Assembly (NCBI GenBank): GCA_015163875.1
Contig: JAAOIH010000001.1
Location: forward strand, 17,641 to 81,640
From: Bdellovibrionales bacterium
GTDB lineage: Bacteria > Bdellovibrionota > Bdellovibrionia > Bdellovibrionales > UBA1609
Reading direction: 5' to 3'
DNA: 64,000 bases
Shown: piece by piece, positions 8,881 to 20,655 of the stretch
Numbering within the stretch: position 1 is the stretch's first letter
Layout of the letters: each line of letters starts with the position of its first letter
The notes under the pieces: generated by a model
The model's database searches: none
What the model saw: the letters and a program-made list of their open reading frames with translations, nothing else
Told to the model about the DNA's origin: nothing
Position numbers and translations under genes: made by a program

Positions 8881-9816
8881 ATGTCTAAAGATAATCAAAA
8901 AATAAAAAATAAAAAGGCACAAGGCTCTTTGGGAAGGGGGCTTGAATCTTTGTTGGGGGCTAGTGCATCTGGATTTAATTCTTTAGAAGGCGGGCCAGAC
9001 AAAGCAAATAACCCTGTAAATAATGGAGTTTTGTCTATTTCTGTAGAGTGGATTCGCCCAAATAAAAACCAACCTCGTGATATTTTTAATGACGAAGCTT
9101 TAGATGAGCTGTCTAAATCTATTAAGTCCCAAGGAATTTTACAACCAATAGTTGTAAGAACTTGCGGACAAAGATCTTTTGAAATTATAGCAGGAGAAAG
9201 GCGATGGAGAGCTGCCCAAAAAGCCGGCTTAAGTAAAGTTCCAGTTATAATTAAAGAGGCAAGCGATAATGTTTCTGCTGAATTAGCTTTAATAGAAAAT
9301 ATACAAAGAGAAGATTTAAATCCAATGGAAGAGGCAGAGGCATTACAAAATTTACTTAATTCCGGAAGCTTTACTCAACAAGTTTTAGCAGACAGACTTG
9401 GAAAAAACAGATCTTCTTTAGCAAACTTATTAAGACTATTAAACTTAGATACAGATGTTCGCAAACTTTTAAAAGCAAATAAATTATCTTTAGGCCAAGC
9501 TAAATTATTATTAAGTTTAGAAGATTTTAGTTTACAAAAAAGCTTTGCTAATATTGCTATTAAAAAAGATTTAAGCGTACAAGATTTATCAAAATTAATT
9601 AAAAAACAAAAATTAAAAAACAAGGCCAAAAGCTTTGCTCACACAGACAAAACAGAAAAACAAATACAGTTAAAAAAAGTTCAAGATCAAATTGAAAAAA
9701 AATTAGGAACAAAAGTTCAGCTAGATTATGCAAACGGTAAAGGCCATCTAAACATTCATTTTTCCACAGACAAACAGCTAAATCAGATTGTTCAATCTTT
9801 AGTGGGATTAAAGTAA
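8881..9816 (+). CDS. parB: chromosome partitioning protein ParB/Spo0J
   Basis: ParB box GERRWRAAQKAG (CTP-binding motif), HTH region, C-terminal dimerisation segment. Confidence 0.95.
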   Translation: MSKDNQKIKNKKAQGSLGRGLESLLGASASGFNSLEGGPDKANNPVNNGVLSISVEWIRPNKNQPRDIFNDEALDELSKSIKSQGILQPIVVRTCGQRSFEIIAGERRWRAAQKAGLSKVPVIIKEASDNVSAELALIENIQREDLNPMEEAEALQNLLNSGSFTQQVLADRLGKNRSSLANLLRLLNLDTDVRKLLKANKLSLGQAKLLLSLEDFSLQKSFANIAIKKDLSVQDLSKLIKKQKLKNKAKSFAHTDKTEKQIQLKKVQDQIEKKLGTKVQLDYANGKGHLNIHFSTDKQLNQIVQSLVGLK

Positions 9817-9820
9817 AACT

Positions 9821-10162
9821 ATGTTTCAAAATAACGAAGTAACAGGCCTTTTAACAGAGGGAACTTTTTTTGAAGGCCATTTAAGATTTAATGGCGTTTT
9901 AAAAATGGGCGGGGAGTTTAAAGGCTCTTTAGAATCCAAGGGAACATTGGTTATACAAGAAGGGGCTAAAGTTGAAGGGAAAATTTTAGTAGATACAGTT
10001 ATTGTTTCAGGTCACATGATCAATGTAGAAATTTTTTCTAAAAAAAAAGTATTGTTACAGCCAACTGCAGTTGTAAAGGGCTTTATTGAAACAGCAGTTT
10101 TAGAAGTTAAAGACGGCGCCTTATTTGAGGGCAGCATTAAAAAAATTAAGCAGTCTATTTAG
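9821..10162 (+). CDS. bactofilin (DUF583) cytoskeletal protein
   Basis: Beta-helical repeat pattern typical of bactofilins (GHLRFNGVLKMGGEFKGSLESKGTLVIQEGAKVEGKI...). 4-nt gap after parB. Confidence 0.85.
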   Translation: MFQNNEVTGLLTEGTFFEGHLRFNGVLKMGGEFKGSLESKGTLVIQEGAKVEGKILVDTVIVSGHMINVEIFSKKKVLLQPTAVVKGFIETAVLEVKDGALFEGSIKKIKQSI

Positions 10163-10267
10163 CAGTATATTTAACAGCCTATTTAGCACCTAGACCAAGC
10201 TATATCTAGACCCATTATTTAAGAATAAAGCTTGACCCTTTTAGGCATAAAATTTAATAAGATAGCC

Positions 10268-10693
10268 ATGAAGCTAATCACAGACCTTGGTTTAAACTAT
10301 ACTTTTTTTATTCAGGGTGCTTTATTTTTAGCAAGTTACTTTTTTTTGTCCTCTTTGTTTAAAGCTTATTATAAAGCATATATAAAAAGATGTAATTTGG
10401 TGGAGGGGCAAGAAAAACAAAACCAAGATATGCAAATTAAAACAGAAGAAATTAAAGAAAAATATTCTTTTAAATTAAAAGACTTAAACAAACAAGTACA
10501 CTCTATCTTTTTTAAAGACAAAAAACAGACAGAAGAAAAAATACAAAGTTTAATTTTAACGGCACAAAGTAGCGCAGAAAAATTAATATCTGATTCGCAA
10601 GAAAAAATTACCAAAGAGCTTACAAAACAAAAAGAGCAAATATCTATTTCTTCAAAAGAGATAAGCCAAATAATTACAGAGCGTATTTTATAA
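10268..10693 (+). CDS. atpF: F-type ATP synthase subunit b' (second b-type stalk subunit)
   Basis: Single N-terminal TM (FFIQGALFLASYFFLSS) plus long charged helix. First gene of the atp block. ORF extends to TTG 10232, but that TTG reads as TTGACC with TAATAA 17 nt downstream (possible promoter), so ATG 10268 is preferred. Confidence 0.6.
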   Translation: MKLITDLGLNYTFFIQGALFLASYFFLSSLFKAYYKAYIKRCNLVEGQEKQNQDMQIKTEEIKEKYSFKLKDLNKQVHSIFFKDKKQTEEKIQSLILTAQSSAEKLISDSQEKITKELTKQKEQISISSKEISQIITERIL

Positions 10694-10699
10694 TTAGTT

Positions 10700-11260
10700 A
10701 TGTTTATTTTATTTATTTTTTCTATTTTTTTCTCTTTATCAGCACATGCATCTTCTGCGGCACATGCTGGTATTCCGTGGAGCTTGATTGTTAGCCAGGC
10801 TGTAAACTTTGTCGCACTAATTATTTTGGCAAGACTATTTTTAAAAAAACCTATTTCTGAATATATAAAAAAACAAAAACAAAACTTTTTATTAAAAGAA
10901 GAAAATGTAAACAAAAAAGCTAACGAATCAAAATTATTATTTAATCAGTGGCAAGAAAAATGGAATAAATTATCAGACTCGTTTACAAAAAAAATTACAC
11001 AAGCTAAGGATAACTCCCTTAAACTTTCAGAAGATAATTTAGTAGAGGCCAAAAAACAAACTGTAAATATTTTAGAAAAAGCAGAAGTTCAAGTACAAAC
11101 AGAATTATCGCAGGCAAAAGTACACTTAGCCCAATTGCTGCTACAAACTTCTTGCAATACGGCTTTAGATCTTCAAAAAAAGCAAACCTCCCATAAAGCT
11201 ATTAATTTATCTTTGTTAAAAAATGTAAACGAAAATAAGGTTTTTAATGAAAAAAATTAA
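10700..11260 (+). CDS. atpF: F-type ATP synthase subunit b
   Basis: N-terminal hydrophobic segment, IPWSLIVSQAVNFVALIILARLFLKKPI motif typical of subunit b, long coiled helix. Confidence 0.7.
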   Translation: MFILFIFSIFFSLSAHASSAAHAGIPWSLIVSQAVNFVALIILARLFLKKPISEYIKKQKQNFLLKEENVNKKANESKLLFNQWQEKWNKLSDSFTKKITQAKDNSLKLSEDNLVEAKKQTVNILEKAEVQVQTELSQAKVHLAQLLLQTSCNTALDLQKKQTSHKAINLSLLKNVNENKVFNEKN

Positions 11261-11798
11261 ATTAATACAATCTTATTCAAAAGCTTACTACTGCCTAGCC
11301 GAAGATAAATCTTGTGTTAAAGAGGTTTTGCAAGACTGTAAAAATTTGTTAGCCTTATTAAAAAAAGATACTGCAATTTTATCTTTGTTTGATTTTAAAA
11401 CCTCTTCTATAAAAAATCAAAAAAAAGTTTTGCAGCTTTTGTTTAGCAAAACAGATTTTAATAAAATTACTAAAAACTTTTTATCTTTGCTTGTCGAAAA
11501 TAAAAGATTTTTTCTTATACAAGATATCGCAGACTATATGTTTGTTTTAAAAGACAAATATGACAAAGTTTTAAACGGAAGTGTTACAAGCGTTTCTAAA
11601 TTAAGCGAAACAGAAAAAAAATATTTAAAAGATTCTTTAGTAGATCAATTTAAATCAAATATTAATTTGCAATATAAAGAAGACAAATCTTTGGCAGAAG
11701 GCTTTATTGTTAGGATTGCAGGGCATAGTCTTAACACATCTTTTAATAATAAAATGGATAATTTAAATAAACATATAAAAAGAAATCTAAGTTTTTAA
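11247..11798 (+). CDS. atpH: F-type ATP synthase subunit delta (OSCP)
   Basis: Size and position between b and alpha. OSCP-like C-terminus ([14 protein letters not shown]). Confidence 0.75.
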   Translation: MKKIKLIQSYSKAYYCLAEDKSCVKEVLQDCKNLLALLKKDTAILSLFDFKTSSIKNQKKVLQLLFSKTDFNKITKNFLSLLVENKRFFLIQDIADYMFVLKDKYDKVLNGSVTSVSKLSETEKKYLKDSLVDQFKSNINLQYKEDKSLAEGFIVRIAGHSLNTSFNNKMDNLNKHIKRNLSF

Positions 11799-11809
11799 GG
11801 AGACTAGGC

Positions 11810-13324
11810 ATGGACATATCTATTCGCATTGACGAAATCAGCGGTATCTTAAAAGATCAAATTGCAAACTATGATCAAAAATTAAATTTTGAAGAAGTCG
11901 GAACAGTTTTATCTGTTGGAGACGGTGTTGCACAAATTCATGGCTTAGAAAATGTTATGGTAGGCGAGCTTGTTCAATTTTCTTCAGACTTATATGGCAT
12001 GGCTTTAAACTTAACCGAACACTCTGTTGGTGTTGTTGTATTTGGCGAAGACAAAAGTATTAAAGAGGGTGACGAAGTAAAAAGAACAAAAAAAATTGTA
12101 CGAGTTCCAGTAGGTGACGCATTACTTGGAAGAGTTGTAGATGTTTTAGGAAGACCAATTGACGGAAAGGGAGCAATTGATACTAAAGAATTTAAATTAA
12201 TAGAAGTAAAAGCCCCCGGAGTTATGACCCGTTACCCAGTTAGTGAACCAATGCAAACTGGAATTAAAGCAATTGATTCTATGATTCCAATTGGTCGCGG
12301 ACAAAGAGAATTAATTATTGGAGACCGACAAACTGGAAAAACTGCAATTACTATTGATACTATTATTAATCAAAAAGGCCAGGATGTTCATTGTTTTTAT
12401 GTAGCAATTGGGCAAAAACAATCAACAGTTGCACAAGTTGTTGAAAAATTAACTCAAGCAGGCGCAATGGAATACACAACAGTTGTTGCAGCAACTGCTT
12501 CGCAATCTGCACCATTACAATTTTTAGCTCCGTTTTCTGGCTGTGCAATGGCAGAATATTATAGAGATAACGGCAAGCATGCTTTAATTATTTATGATGA
12601 CCTTACAAAACAGGCACAAGCCTATAGACAATTATCTTTATTATTAAGAAGACCTCCGGGAAGAGAAGCTTTTCCAGGTGATGTTTTTTATATTCACTCA
12701 AGACTTTTAGAAAGAGCTTGTAAATTAAATAAAGACGAAGGCGGAGGATCACTAACTGCGCTTCCAATTATTGAAACTCAAGCTGGAGATATTTCTGCGT
12801 ACATTCCAACTAATGTAATTTCAATTACTGATGGTCAGATTTTTTTAGAAACTGATTTATTTCATAAAGGAATTCGCCCAGCCGTGAATGTTGGAAAGTC
12901 TGTTTCTCGAGTGGGAGGTGATGCACAAATTAAAGCAATGAAGCAAGTTGCTGGAACTTTAAAATTATCTTTAGCTCAATTTAGAGAACTAGAAGCATTT
13001 TCTGCCTTTGCATCTGATCTGGACAAAACAACTCAAGCACAATTAGCCCGAGGCCGACGAATGGTTGAGGTGTTAAAACAACCTCAATACACTCCATACA
13101 AAGTTTATGATCAAATTATTTCTATTTTTGCAGTAACAAATGGATACATGGACGAAGTTAAAGAATCAGATTCTGCAGAGTATGAAAAACAATTGTTAGA
13201 GTTTATTCAACAGAATCATAAAAATATTATTACAGATTTAGAAAAAAGTAATAAAATTACCGACGAGATTAAAAAAGAATTAGTAGATGCTTTAGAAAAA
13301 TTTAAAGTTATTTTTGCAAAGTAA
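11810..13324 (+). CDS. atpA: F-type ATP synthase subunit alpha
   Basis: Walker A GDRQTGKT. Highly conserved alpha-subunit sequence throughout. Confidence 0.97.
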   Translation: MDISIRIDEISGILKDQIANYDQKLNFEEVGTVLSVGDGVAQIHGLENVMVGELVQFSSDLYGMALNLTEHSVGVVVFGEDKSIKEGDEVKRTKKIVRVPVGDALLGRVVDVLGRPIDGKGAIDTKEFKLIEVKAPGVMTRYPVSEPMQTGIKAIDSMIPIGRGQRELIIGDRQTGKTAITIDTIINQKGQDVHCFYVAIGQKQSTVAQVVEKLTQAGAMEYTTVVAATASQSAPLQFLAPFSGCAMAEYYRDNGKHALIIYDDLTKQAQAYRQLSLLLRRPPGREAFPGDVFYIHSRLLERACKLNKDEGGGSLTALPIIETQAGDISAYIPTNVISITDGQIFLETDLFHKGIRPAVNVGKSVSRVGGDAQIKAMKQVAGTLKLSLAQFRELEAFSAFASDLDKTTQAQLARGRRMVEVLKQPQYTPYKVYDQIISIFAVTNGYMDEVKESDSAEYEKQLLEFIQQNHKNIITDLEKSNKITDEIKKELVDALEKFKVIFAK

Positions 13325-13357
13325 ATGTTAAGTGAAATAAAAAAGGATTTGTAATAT

Positions 13358-14230
13358 ATGTCTAGCACCAAAGACATTCGTAGCCGAATTACCAGCGTTA
13401 CTAATACGCAGCAGATTACCAAAGCAATGAAAATGGTTTCTGCTGCAAAACTTAGTAAGGCTCAGGCTCATATTACAAATATGCGACCGTATGCTAAACA
13501 AATGAAATCTTTAATTTCTCGCTTAATTAATAACCCAAAAGTTAGTCACCCATTTTTAGAAAAAAAAGAAAAGATAGAAAATATTTTATTAGTAGTAGTT
13601 AGTGGAGACAGGGGATTGTGCGGCGGCTTTAATACAACAGTAAACCGATTTGCAGAAACTTTTTTAAAAGAAAATAAAAAAAAATATAACAGCATTGATT
13701 TATTTTTAATTGGAAAAAAATCTATAGATTATTTTAAAGCAAGAGAAATTAAATCTGTAGACAGTGTTAATAATATTTCTAAAAACTTATCATACAAAAT
13801 TGCAGTTGGGGTAGCTGATAAATTAATGCACTTTTTTAAATCTGGAAAGTATGACGAAATTCATTTTGTTTATAACGAATTTAAATCTGTTATATCTCAA
13901 GAAAGAGCTGTTGAAAAAATATTTCCAATAGAATATAAAAATAGCGAAATAGATCAAACAAAAATATTATCTGATGATTATATTTTTGAACCAGAAGTTG
14001 TAAAATTTTTAGAAGAATTATTAGTTAGACATTTTACAAGCCAAGTTTACAGATGCTTAAGTGAAAGTGTTGCCGCAGAATATGCAGCCAGAATGACTGC
14101 AATGGATAGCGCAACTAACAACGCCAACGACATGATACATTCGTTAACTTTAACTTATAATAAATTAAGACAAGCAAATATTACAAAAGAGTTAATGGAA
14201 ATTGTTAGTGGCGCAGAGGCAGTTAAGTAA
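13358..14230 (+). CDS. atpG: F-type ATP synthase subunit gamma
   Basis: N-terminal IRSRITSVTNTQQITKAMKMVSAAKL and C-terminal ITKELMEIVSGAEA helices of gamma. Confidence 0.95.
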   Translation: MSSTKDIRSRITSVTNTQQITKAMKMVSAAKLSKAQAHITNMRPYAKQMKSLISRLINNPKVSHPFLEKKEKIENILLVVVSGDRGLCGGFNTTVNRFAETFLKENKKKYNSIDLFLIGKKSIDYFKAREIKSVDSVNNISKNLSYKIAVGVADKLMHFFKSGKYDEIHFVYNEFKSVISQERAVEKIFPIEYKNSEIDQTKILSDDYIFEPEVVKFLEELLVRHFTSQVYRCLSESVAAEYAARMTAMDSATNNANDMIHSLTLTYNKLRQANITKELMEIVSGAEAVK

Positions 14231-14266
14231 AAATAAAATTTACATAAATTTTAAAAAAAAATGTAA

Positions 14267-15685
<1,419 letters not shown>

Positions 15686-15687
15686 TT

Positions 15688-15945
15688 ATGCAATTAAATT
15701 TAGTATCACCAAACAAATTATTTTTTAGTAATAAAAAAGTAAACAGCGTTTCTGTAGTTTCAACCCAAGGCGGGCTTCAAATTTTAAAGGGCCACTCCCC
15801 ATTGTTAACTACTTTGGGAAGGGGATTTTTAAAGTTTTACGACACTGATAAAAAAGATTTTTTTTCTTATTTTGTTGATGGCGGTTATTTAGAGGTGTCT
15901 CCAAAAGGAGATATTTTTATTTTAGCAGAAAAAGTTGAATCTTAA
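15688..15945 (+). CDS. atpC: F-type ATP synthase subunit epsilon, N-terminal beta-sandwich domain only (85 aa)
   Basis: Position after atpD. Beta-sandwich pattern (LQILKGHSPLLTTLGRGFLKF...GGYLEV). No C-terminal helical hairpin is encoded; downstream frames are full of stops. Confidence 0.85.
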   Translation: MQLNLVSPNKLFFSNKKVNSVSVVSTQGGLQILKGHSPLLTTLGRGFLKFYDTDKKDFFSYFVDGGYLEVSPKGDIFILAEKVES

Positions 15946-16050
15946 TTTGTGTAAATCTATAAATTAAAAAACATATTTGGGTTAAGTTTATTTATTAACT
16001 AGCCCTTTCTCTGTTTTTGTGTACAAAAGTTTAGTTATTTTATTCTAATA

Positions 16051-17034
16051 TTGAATTATAACATATATAAGACGAAAATATTAATTGTGAAAAGTTTTAA
16101 ATATTTTTTGTCTTTATTTTTTATTTTGTTTAGTCAAAATGTTCTTGCACAAGAAATAACTTTAGTTTGGGGAGACACTCTATCTAAATTAATTTTTCAA
16201 TATCATGATCGCGATATTAGTAATTGGAAAGAAGTTTTGCCTTTGTATTTATCTTTAAATCCACAAATTAAAAATGAAAATTTAATTTATGCAGGAAGTA
16301 AACTCAACATACCCTCCCAAGAAGATGTTGTAGATTATTTAAATTCTAAAAATACATTTGGCCTTGAAGATATTGGAGTTTTGTTTGCCGGAAAAAATAA
16401 AAAACAAAGAAGATCATTAATAGATCATGTTGCAAATCCATGGTCTTTAGAATTACAAGCAGGCCCTTATTTTAAATTAAATAAAAATAATTCTAGCTTA
16501 GAGTATTTTTCCAAGGGCGGCTTTGATATAAAAGCAAAAGGAGTTTATCATTTTAATGATAAATATTCCGTTGGGGTTATTTATAGATACTCCAAAAAAT
16601 CTTATGAACTATCATCCTCACTACCTTTGTCTGGCATTTATTTAGAAGCTTATATGAATTGGAATAAGTTTATTGTTTCTGCACTTTTTGGCTCCCAAGA
16701 AAGGTTAACTTATAATAAAGCAACTATAAAATTATTAACAGCAAGCCATTTTGATTATGGAATTGGACTTCACTATAGATTACTTCAAACAAAAAATTTT
16801 GAAGGATTAGTTGGGCTAAACTCTAAGCTGTTTACAAAATCTACTTCTTTTAAAAATGGAATGAATAAAAATGGATATGCAGTAATGGCAAGCACAATTT
16901 TTAATTATAATTTTTGGAAAAATCATTTAATTGGATTAGAGTCATCATACAGTCTATCTAAAGGAAAAAATAAAAAACACGAATCTGGCTTAGAAGATTT
17001 TGTAACAAGATTAAGCCTTCAGTTTAGTTTTTGA
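16051..17034 (+). CDS. LysM-domain protein with predicted C-terminal outer-membrane beta-barrel
   Basis: Signal peptide (KYFLSLFFILFSQNVLA-QE). LysM (ITLVWGDTLSKLI...NLIYAGSKLNIP). Alternating-hydrophobicity strands ending in LSLQFSF (C-terminal Phe OMP signature). GTG 16087 is an alternative start. Confidence 0.6.
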   Translation: MNYNIYKTKILIVKSFKYFLSLFFILFSQNVLAQEITLVWGDTLSKLIFQYHDRDISNWKEVLPLYLSLNPQIKNENLIYAGSKLNIPSQEDVVDYLNSKNTFGLEDIGVLFAGKNKKQRRSLIDHVANPWSLELQAGPYFKLNKNNSSLEYFSKGGFDIKAKGVYHFNDKYSVGVIYRYSKKSYELSSSLPLSGIYLEAYMNWNKFIVSALFGSQERLTYNKATIKLLTASHFDYGIGLHYRLLQTKNFEGLVGLNSKLFTKSTSFKNGMNKNGYAVMASTIFNYNFWKNHLIGLESSYSLSKGKNKKHESGLEDFVTRLSLQFSF

Positions 17035-17054
17035 TTAATCTTTGGATAGTCATT

Positions 17055-20000
17055 TTATAAAATTATCATCACCCCTTGTAACTTCTGATAAACAACTTCC
17101 CACTTAGTATTTTTTACTTTTATTTTTACTACATTATTTTTACTTAATTGATATTGATCTGGTTGTTTTTGTATTAACCTAATTAAATGCTCTGCGTAAG
17201 GGTTATTATTAGTAAGCTTTAAACTTAGACTAGTATTTTTTAAATTAACAGAAATAATTCCAGTTTTTTTTGCAAAATTTTTAATAAGTATCAGGCCCAT
17301 TAAATTATAAATTTCTACAGGAGGTTTGCTAAAATTATTTCTAAATTCTTCTTCTAATAAATCTATGTCATTTATATTTTGAATATTAGAAATCTTTTTA
17401 TAATAATATAATCTTGTTCTAATATCAGAAATATATGTTTGTGGTATTAAACAAGCATAAGGCAAGTAAATATCTGGCTCTGATTTCATTTTTGTGTCAC
17501 CAACATATTTTTCACTAGTTTTTAAATTTTGTTTTTCTTTTGCTTTGTTAATAGCCTCTTCTAATAATTCTAAATAAAGCTCGTAACCGATAGCATTTAA
17601 AGTTCCAGATTGCTCTTCACCCAAAAGATCGCCCGCACCCCTAAGCTCCAAATCTTTTTGTGCTATTTGAATTCCGCTTCCTAATTTAGTGTTATCGCGA
17701 ATGCTGTACAATCTTTCTAAAGCTTTTTCGTCAATATTTTTTTGTGAAGGTATTAATAAATAACAATAAGCCCTATTATTAGATCTACCAACCCTGCCCC
17801 TAATTTGATAAAGCTGAGACAGGCCAAACATATTGGCATTATTAATAATTAAAGTATTTGCGTTTGGTATATCTAGCCCTGATTCAATAATTGTAGTGCA
17901 AACTAAAACATCAATTTTATTATTTGCAAAATCTAACATAGATTGTTCAAGTTGATTTTCTGGCATTTGCCCGTGTGCAAAAGCAACCCTAGCATTGGGG
18001 ACTAATTCTTTTATTTCTAAACTAATAAGTTCTATATTTTTAATTTTATTATTTAAAAAAAAGACCTGACCATCTCTTTTCATTTCTTGTTCAATGGCAT
18101 CTTTAATAATATTTTTATTATAAGAATTAATAAAAGTTCTAATAGATAATCTATTTTGAGGGGGAGTTTGAATTAAATTAATATCTTTTAAGCCTAAAAG
18201 GCTAAAATTTAATGTTCTTGGTATTGGAGTTGCAGACAAAGTTAAAGTGTCTATATTTTGTTTAATGTATTTTATTTTTTCTTTGTGCTTTACACCAAAC
18301 TTTTGTTCTTCGTCGATAATTAATAATCCTAATTTTTTATATTCTATATTAGAGCTTAATAATTTATGTGTTCCAATTATAACATCTATTTTTCCATTTT
18401 TTAATTTATCAATCACATCTTTTTGTTTTTTTTGAGGAACAAATCTATTTAAAGACTCAACTTCTACGCCAAATTTTTTAAGCCTTTCTCTAAAATGTTT
18501 GTGATGCTGAAAAGACAAAACAGTTGTAGGAACTAAAATAGCAACTTGTTTGCCGCACTCTATAGCCCTTGCGCAAGCCCTTATTGCGACTTCTGTTTTT
18601 CCAAACCCAACATCTCCACAAATTAGCCGGTCCATTGGAGTTTCACTTAAAAAATCAGATAAAACACTGTCAATTGCTTTTGCCTGATCCTTTGTTTCTT
18701 TATAAGGAAAGCTATCTTCAATACTTTTATAAAGCTTGCCACTTTTAAAAAACGCAGGCCGCTTAATACTTTTTCTATTTGCATAAAGCTCTAGCAGTTC
18801 TAAAGAAATATCTTGAAGGCGCTTTGTAACTTGTGTTTTTGCGTTACTCCATTTGTTGCCGCCAAGCTTGTCTAAAATACTAGTGTTGCCAATATATTTT
18901 TTTATATTATTTATTTTATAAACAGGAATATAAAGTCGCTCTTTATCTTTGTACTCTAGGTGTATAAATTCCATTTCTTGGTCCGAAATATTAATAAATT
19001 TTAACCCAAGATACCTTCCAATTCCGTGCTGAATGTGTGTAATTAAATCTCCCTGATTTAATGCATCTAAACTAATTGAACTTAATTGTAATTTTAATTT
19101 TTCTTGAGAGTGGTGCGTGACATAAGTTTTTAAGTTTAAAATTTCTTCGGCCTTTAATAAAACTAATTTTTCTTTTTCTAATATAAAGCTACTACTAATT
19201 GTTTTTTGTATTATGTGAGTTTCGCAGTCCCGCACATCACCTATAGATTCAATTTCTGATAAAGGAAGATCCATTTCTAAAAATAAATTTTTTATTTCAA
19301 TACTTTGGCTGTGCTTACTAGAAGATAAAATAATTTGTATGTTTTTGTCTTTCCATTTTTTTATTTGTTCTTTTAAATAAAATTTTTTATCCAATAAGTT
19401 TTTTTGTTTTATTTTTTGCACAAAAGTTTTTAAATGTTTTCCAGATTCTGGAAGCTCTACCAAATGTTCTGCATTTAAACTATTTTGATTTAAATAAATA
19501 ATATTATTTATTTTTTTATCATTAAGTAATTCTTTATTTATTTTATCTGATAAATTAAAATTCCATATACAAAGATTTTTTGAAAAATAATTTAATAAAG
19601 TATCCGACATTTTTGTATTGTTTTTTATATTCCATATAGAATCTTGTAAAATATTTTTAATATTAATTTGACTATCTAAGTCTAAAGTAAATATATCAGT
19701 TACCTTATCTCCAAAAAGTTCACATCTAGTTGGGCTTGTATTTTGTGGCGAAAAAAAATCTAAAGTACCAGATTTAATACTAAACTGACCAACCCCCTCA
19801 ACAATCAGGCTAGATTCATAACCATTATTTAGCATAAAATGCTCTACAGATTTTGGAAAAGAGTAATCTTTTGTGACAGCGGTCTGGTTATGCTTATATT
19901 CATTAATAGGAGGGGCAATTTTTAGGCTATTTATATGTAATAAAAAAATAGCATTTTTTTCTGCATTAATAATAGTTTTTAAAAAATTTAAAATTGACAA

Positions 20001-20264
20001 AGGCTGTTTAGAATCTTGAACATAAGTATAAACTGGACGATCAGGAAGCAAAAAGTTTAAATTCTTACAAAGAGACCAAAGCTCTGCCTCACTGCTTGTA
20101 ATTACAAGTTGAGATAAAAACACTTGTTGCAATTGTTGCGCTATAAAAGCTTCTTTGTGAAATCCGTCTACAAAATATTGCGAAGGAGTTTCTTGAAAAT
20201 TGATGTTGTTAAGTTCCAGCTTTCTTGTTGACTGCATAGGAGAGCACAATCTATAACATAACAT
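17055..20264 (-). CDS. mfd: transcription-repair coupling factor Mfd
   Basis: CarD/TRCF RNAP-interacting domain (GDLITHIQHGIGRYLG). SF2 helicase motifs (GDVGFGKTEVA, DEEQKFG, RGRVGRS). ATG 20237 is an alternative start. Confidence 0.9.
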   Translation of the reverse strand: MLCYRLCSPMQSTRKLELNNINFQETPSQYFVDGFHKEAFIAQQLQQVFLSQLVITSSEAELWSLCKNLNFLLPDRPVYTYVQDSKQPLSILNFLKTIINAEKNAIFLLHINSLKIAPPINEYKHNQTAVTKDYSFPKSVEHFMLNNGYESSLIVEGVGQFSIKSGTLDFFSPQNTSPTRCELFGDKVTDIFTLDLDSQINIKNILQDSIWNIKNNTKMSDTLLNYFSKNLCIWNFNLSDKINKELLNDKKINNIIYLNQNSLNAEHLVELPESGKHLKTFVQKIKQKNLLDKKFYLKEQIKKWKDKNIQIILSSSKHSQSIEIKNLFLEMDLPLSEIESIGDVRDCETHIIQKTISSSFILEKEKLVLLKAEEILNLKTYVTHHSQEKLKLQLSSISLDALNQGDLITHIQHGIGRYLGLKFINISDQEMEFIHLEYKDKERLYIPVYKINNIKKYIGNTSILDKLGGNKWSNAKTQVTKRLQDISLELLELYANRKSIKRPAFFKSGKLYKSIEDSFPYKETKDQAKAIDSVLSDFLSETPMDRLICGDVGFGKTEVAIRACARAIECGKQVAILVPTTVLSFQHHKHFRERLKKFGVEVESLNRFVPQKKQKDVIDKLKNGKIDVIIGTHKLLSSNIEYKKLGLLIIDEEQKFGVKHKEKIKYIKQNIDTLTLSATPIPRTLNFSLLGLKDINLIQTPPQNRLSIRTFINSYNKNIIKDAIEQEMKRDGQVFFLNNKIKNIELISLEIKELVPNARVAFAHGQMPENQLEQSMLDFANNKIDVLVCTTIIESGLDIPNANTLIINNANMFGLSQLYQIRGRVGRSNNRAYCYLLIPSQKNIDEKALERLYSIRDNTKLGSGIQIAQKDLELRGAGDLLGEEQSGTLNAIGYELYLELLEEAINKAKEKQNLKTSEKYVGDTKMKSEPDIYLPYACLIPQTYISDIRTRLYYYKKISNIQNINDIDLLEEEFRNNFSKPPVEIYNLMGLILIKNFAKKTGIISVNLKNTSLSLKLTNNNPYAEHLIRLIQKQPDQYQLSKNNVVKIKVKNTKWEVVYQKLQGVMIIL

Positions 20265-20272
20265 AGGTACTT

Positions 20273-20641
20273 ATGACAGCACTGTTTGCAATTTTATTTT
20301 TGATTTTTTTTGTTTTATGCTTTGGAGCTTTGCTACTTGGTTTGGCCTATATTTTAGGTCCTAAAAAATCTCCAAATGCTATAAAAAGTTCTTCCTATGA
20401 GTGCGGACTGCCATCTAGTGAACAAGTTAATAATGTTCCTGTAAAATATTATTTAACTGCAATATTATTTATTATTTTTGATATAGAAGTTATTTTTATT
20501 TATCCATGGGCGGTTGCTTATAAAGATTTTTTAACAGCGGGTTGGGGACTTTATATTCTTGTTGCAATGTTAATTTTTATTGCTCTTTTTTTGTATGGAT
20601 TAATTTGGGAAATTAGATCAAAAGCTTTGGATTGGCATTAG
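20273..20641 (+). CDS. nuoA: NADH-quinone oxidoreductase subunit A
   Basis: Three TMs and conserved YECG motif (SSYECGLPS). Confidence 0.9.
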   Translation: MTALFAILFLIFFVLCFGALLLGLAYILGPKKSPNAIKSSSYECGLPSSEQVNNVPVKYYLTAILFIIFDIEVIFIYPWAVAYKDFLTAGWGLYILVAMLIFIALFLYGLIWEIRSKALDWH

Positions 20642-20655
20642 ATTAAAAGGAAGAA

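Noticed and set aside
10369-10914. Long antisense ORFs across the window, for example 10369-10914(-), 2983-3384(-), 26025-26369(-), 36400-36720(-), 49245-49577(-), 63009-63467(+) and 942-1169(-).
   Set aside because: Each lies opposite a strongly supported conserved gene. They are Phe/Leu/Ile/Lys/Ser-rich low-complexity translations with no motifs. In an AT-rich genome such shadow ORFs are expected by chance.
15946-16050. Searched downstream of the short atpC for a frameshifted C-terminal helical domain.
   Set aside because: All three forward frames hit stops within a few codons, and nothing resembles the epsilon helical hairpin. The truncation appears genuine.
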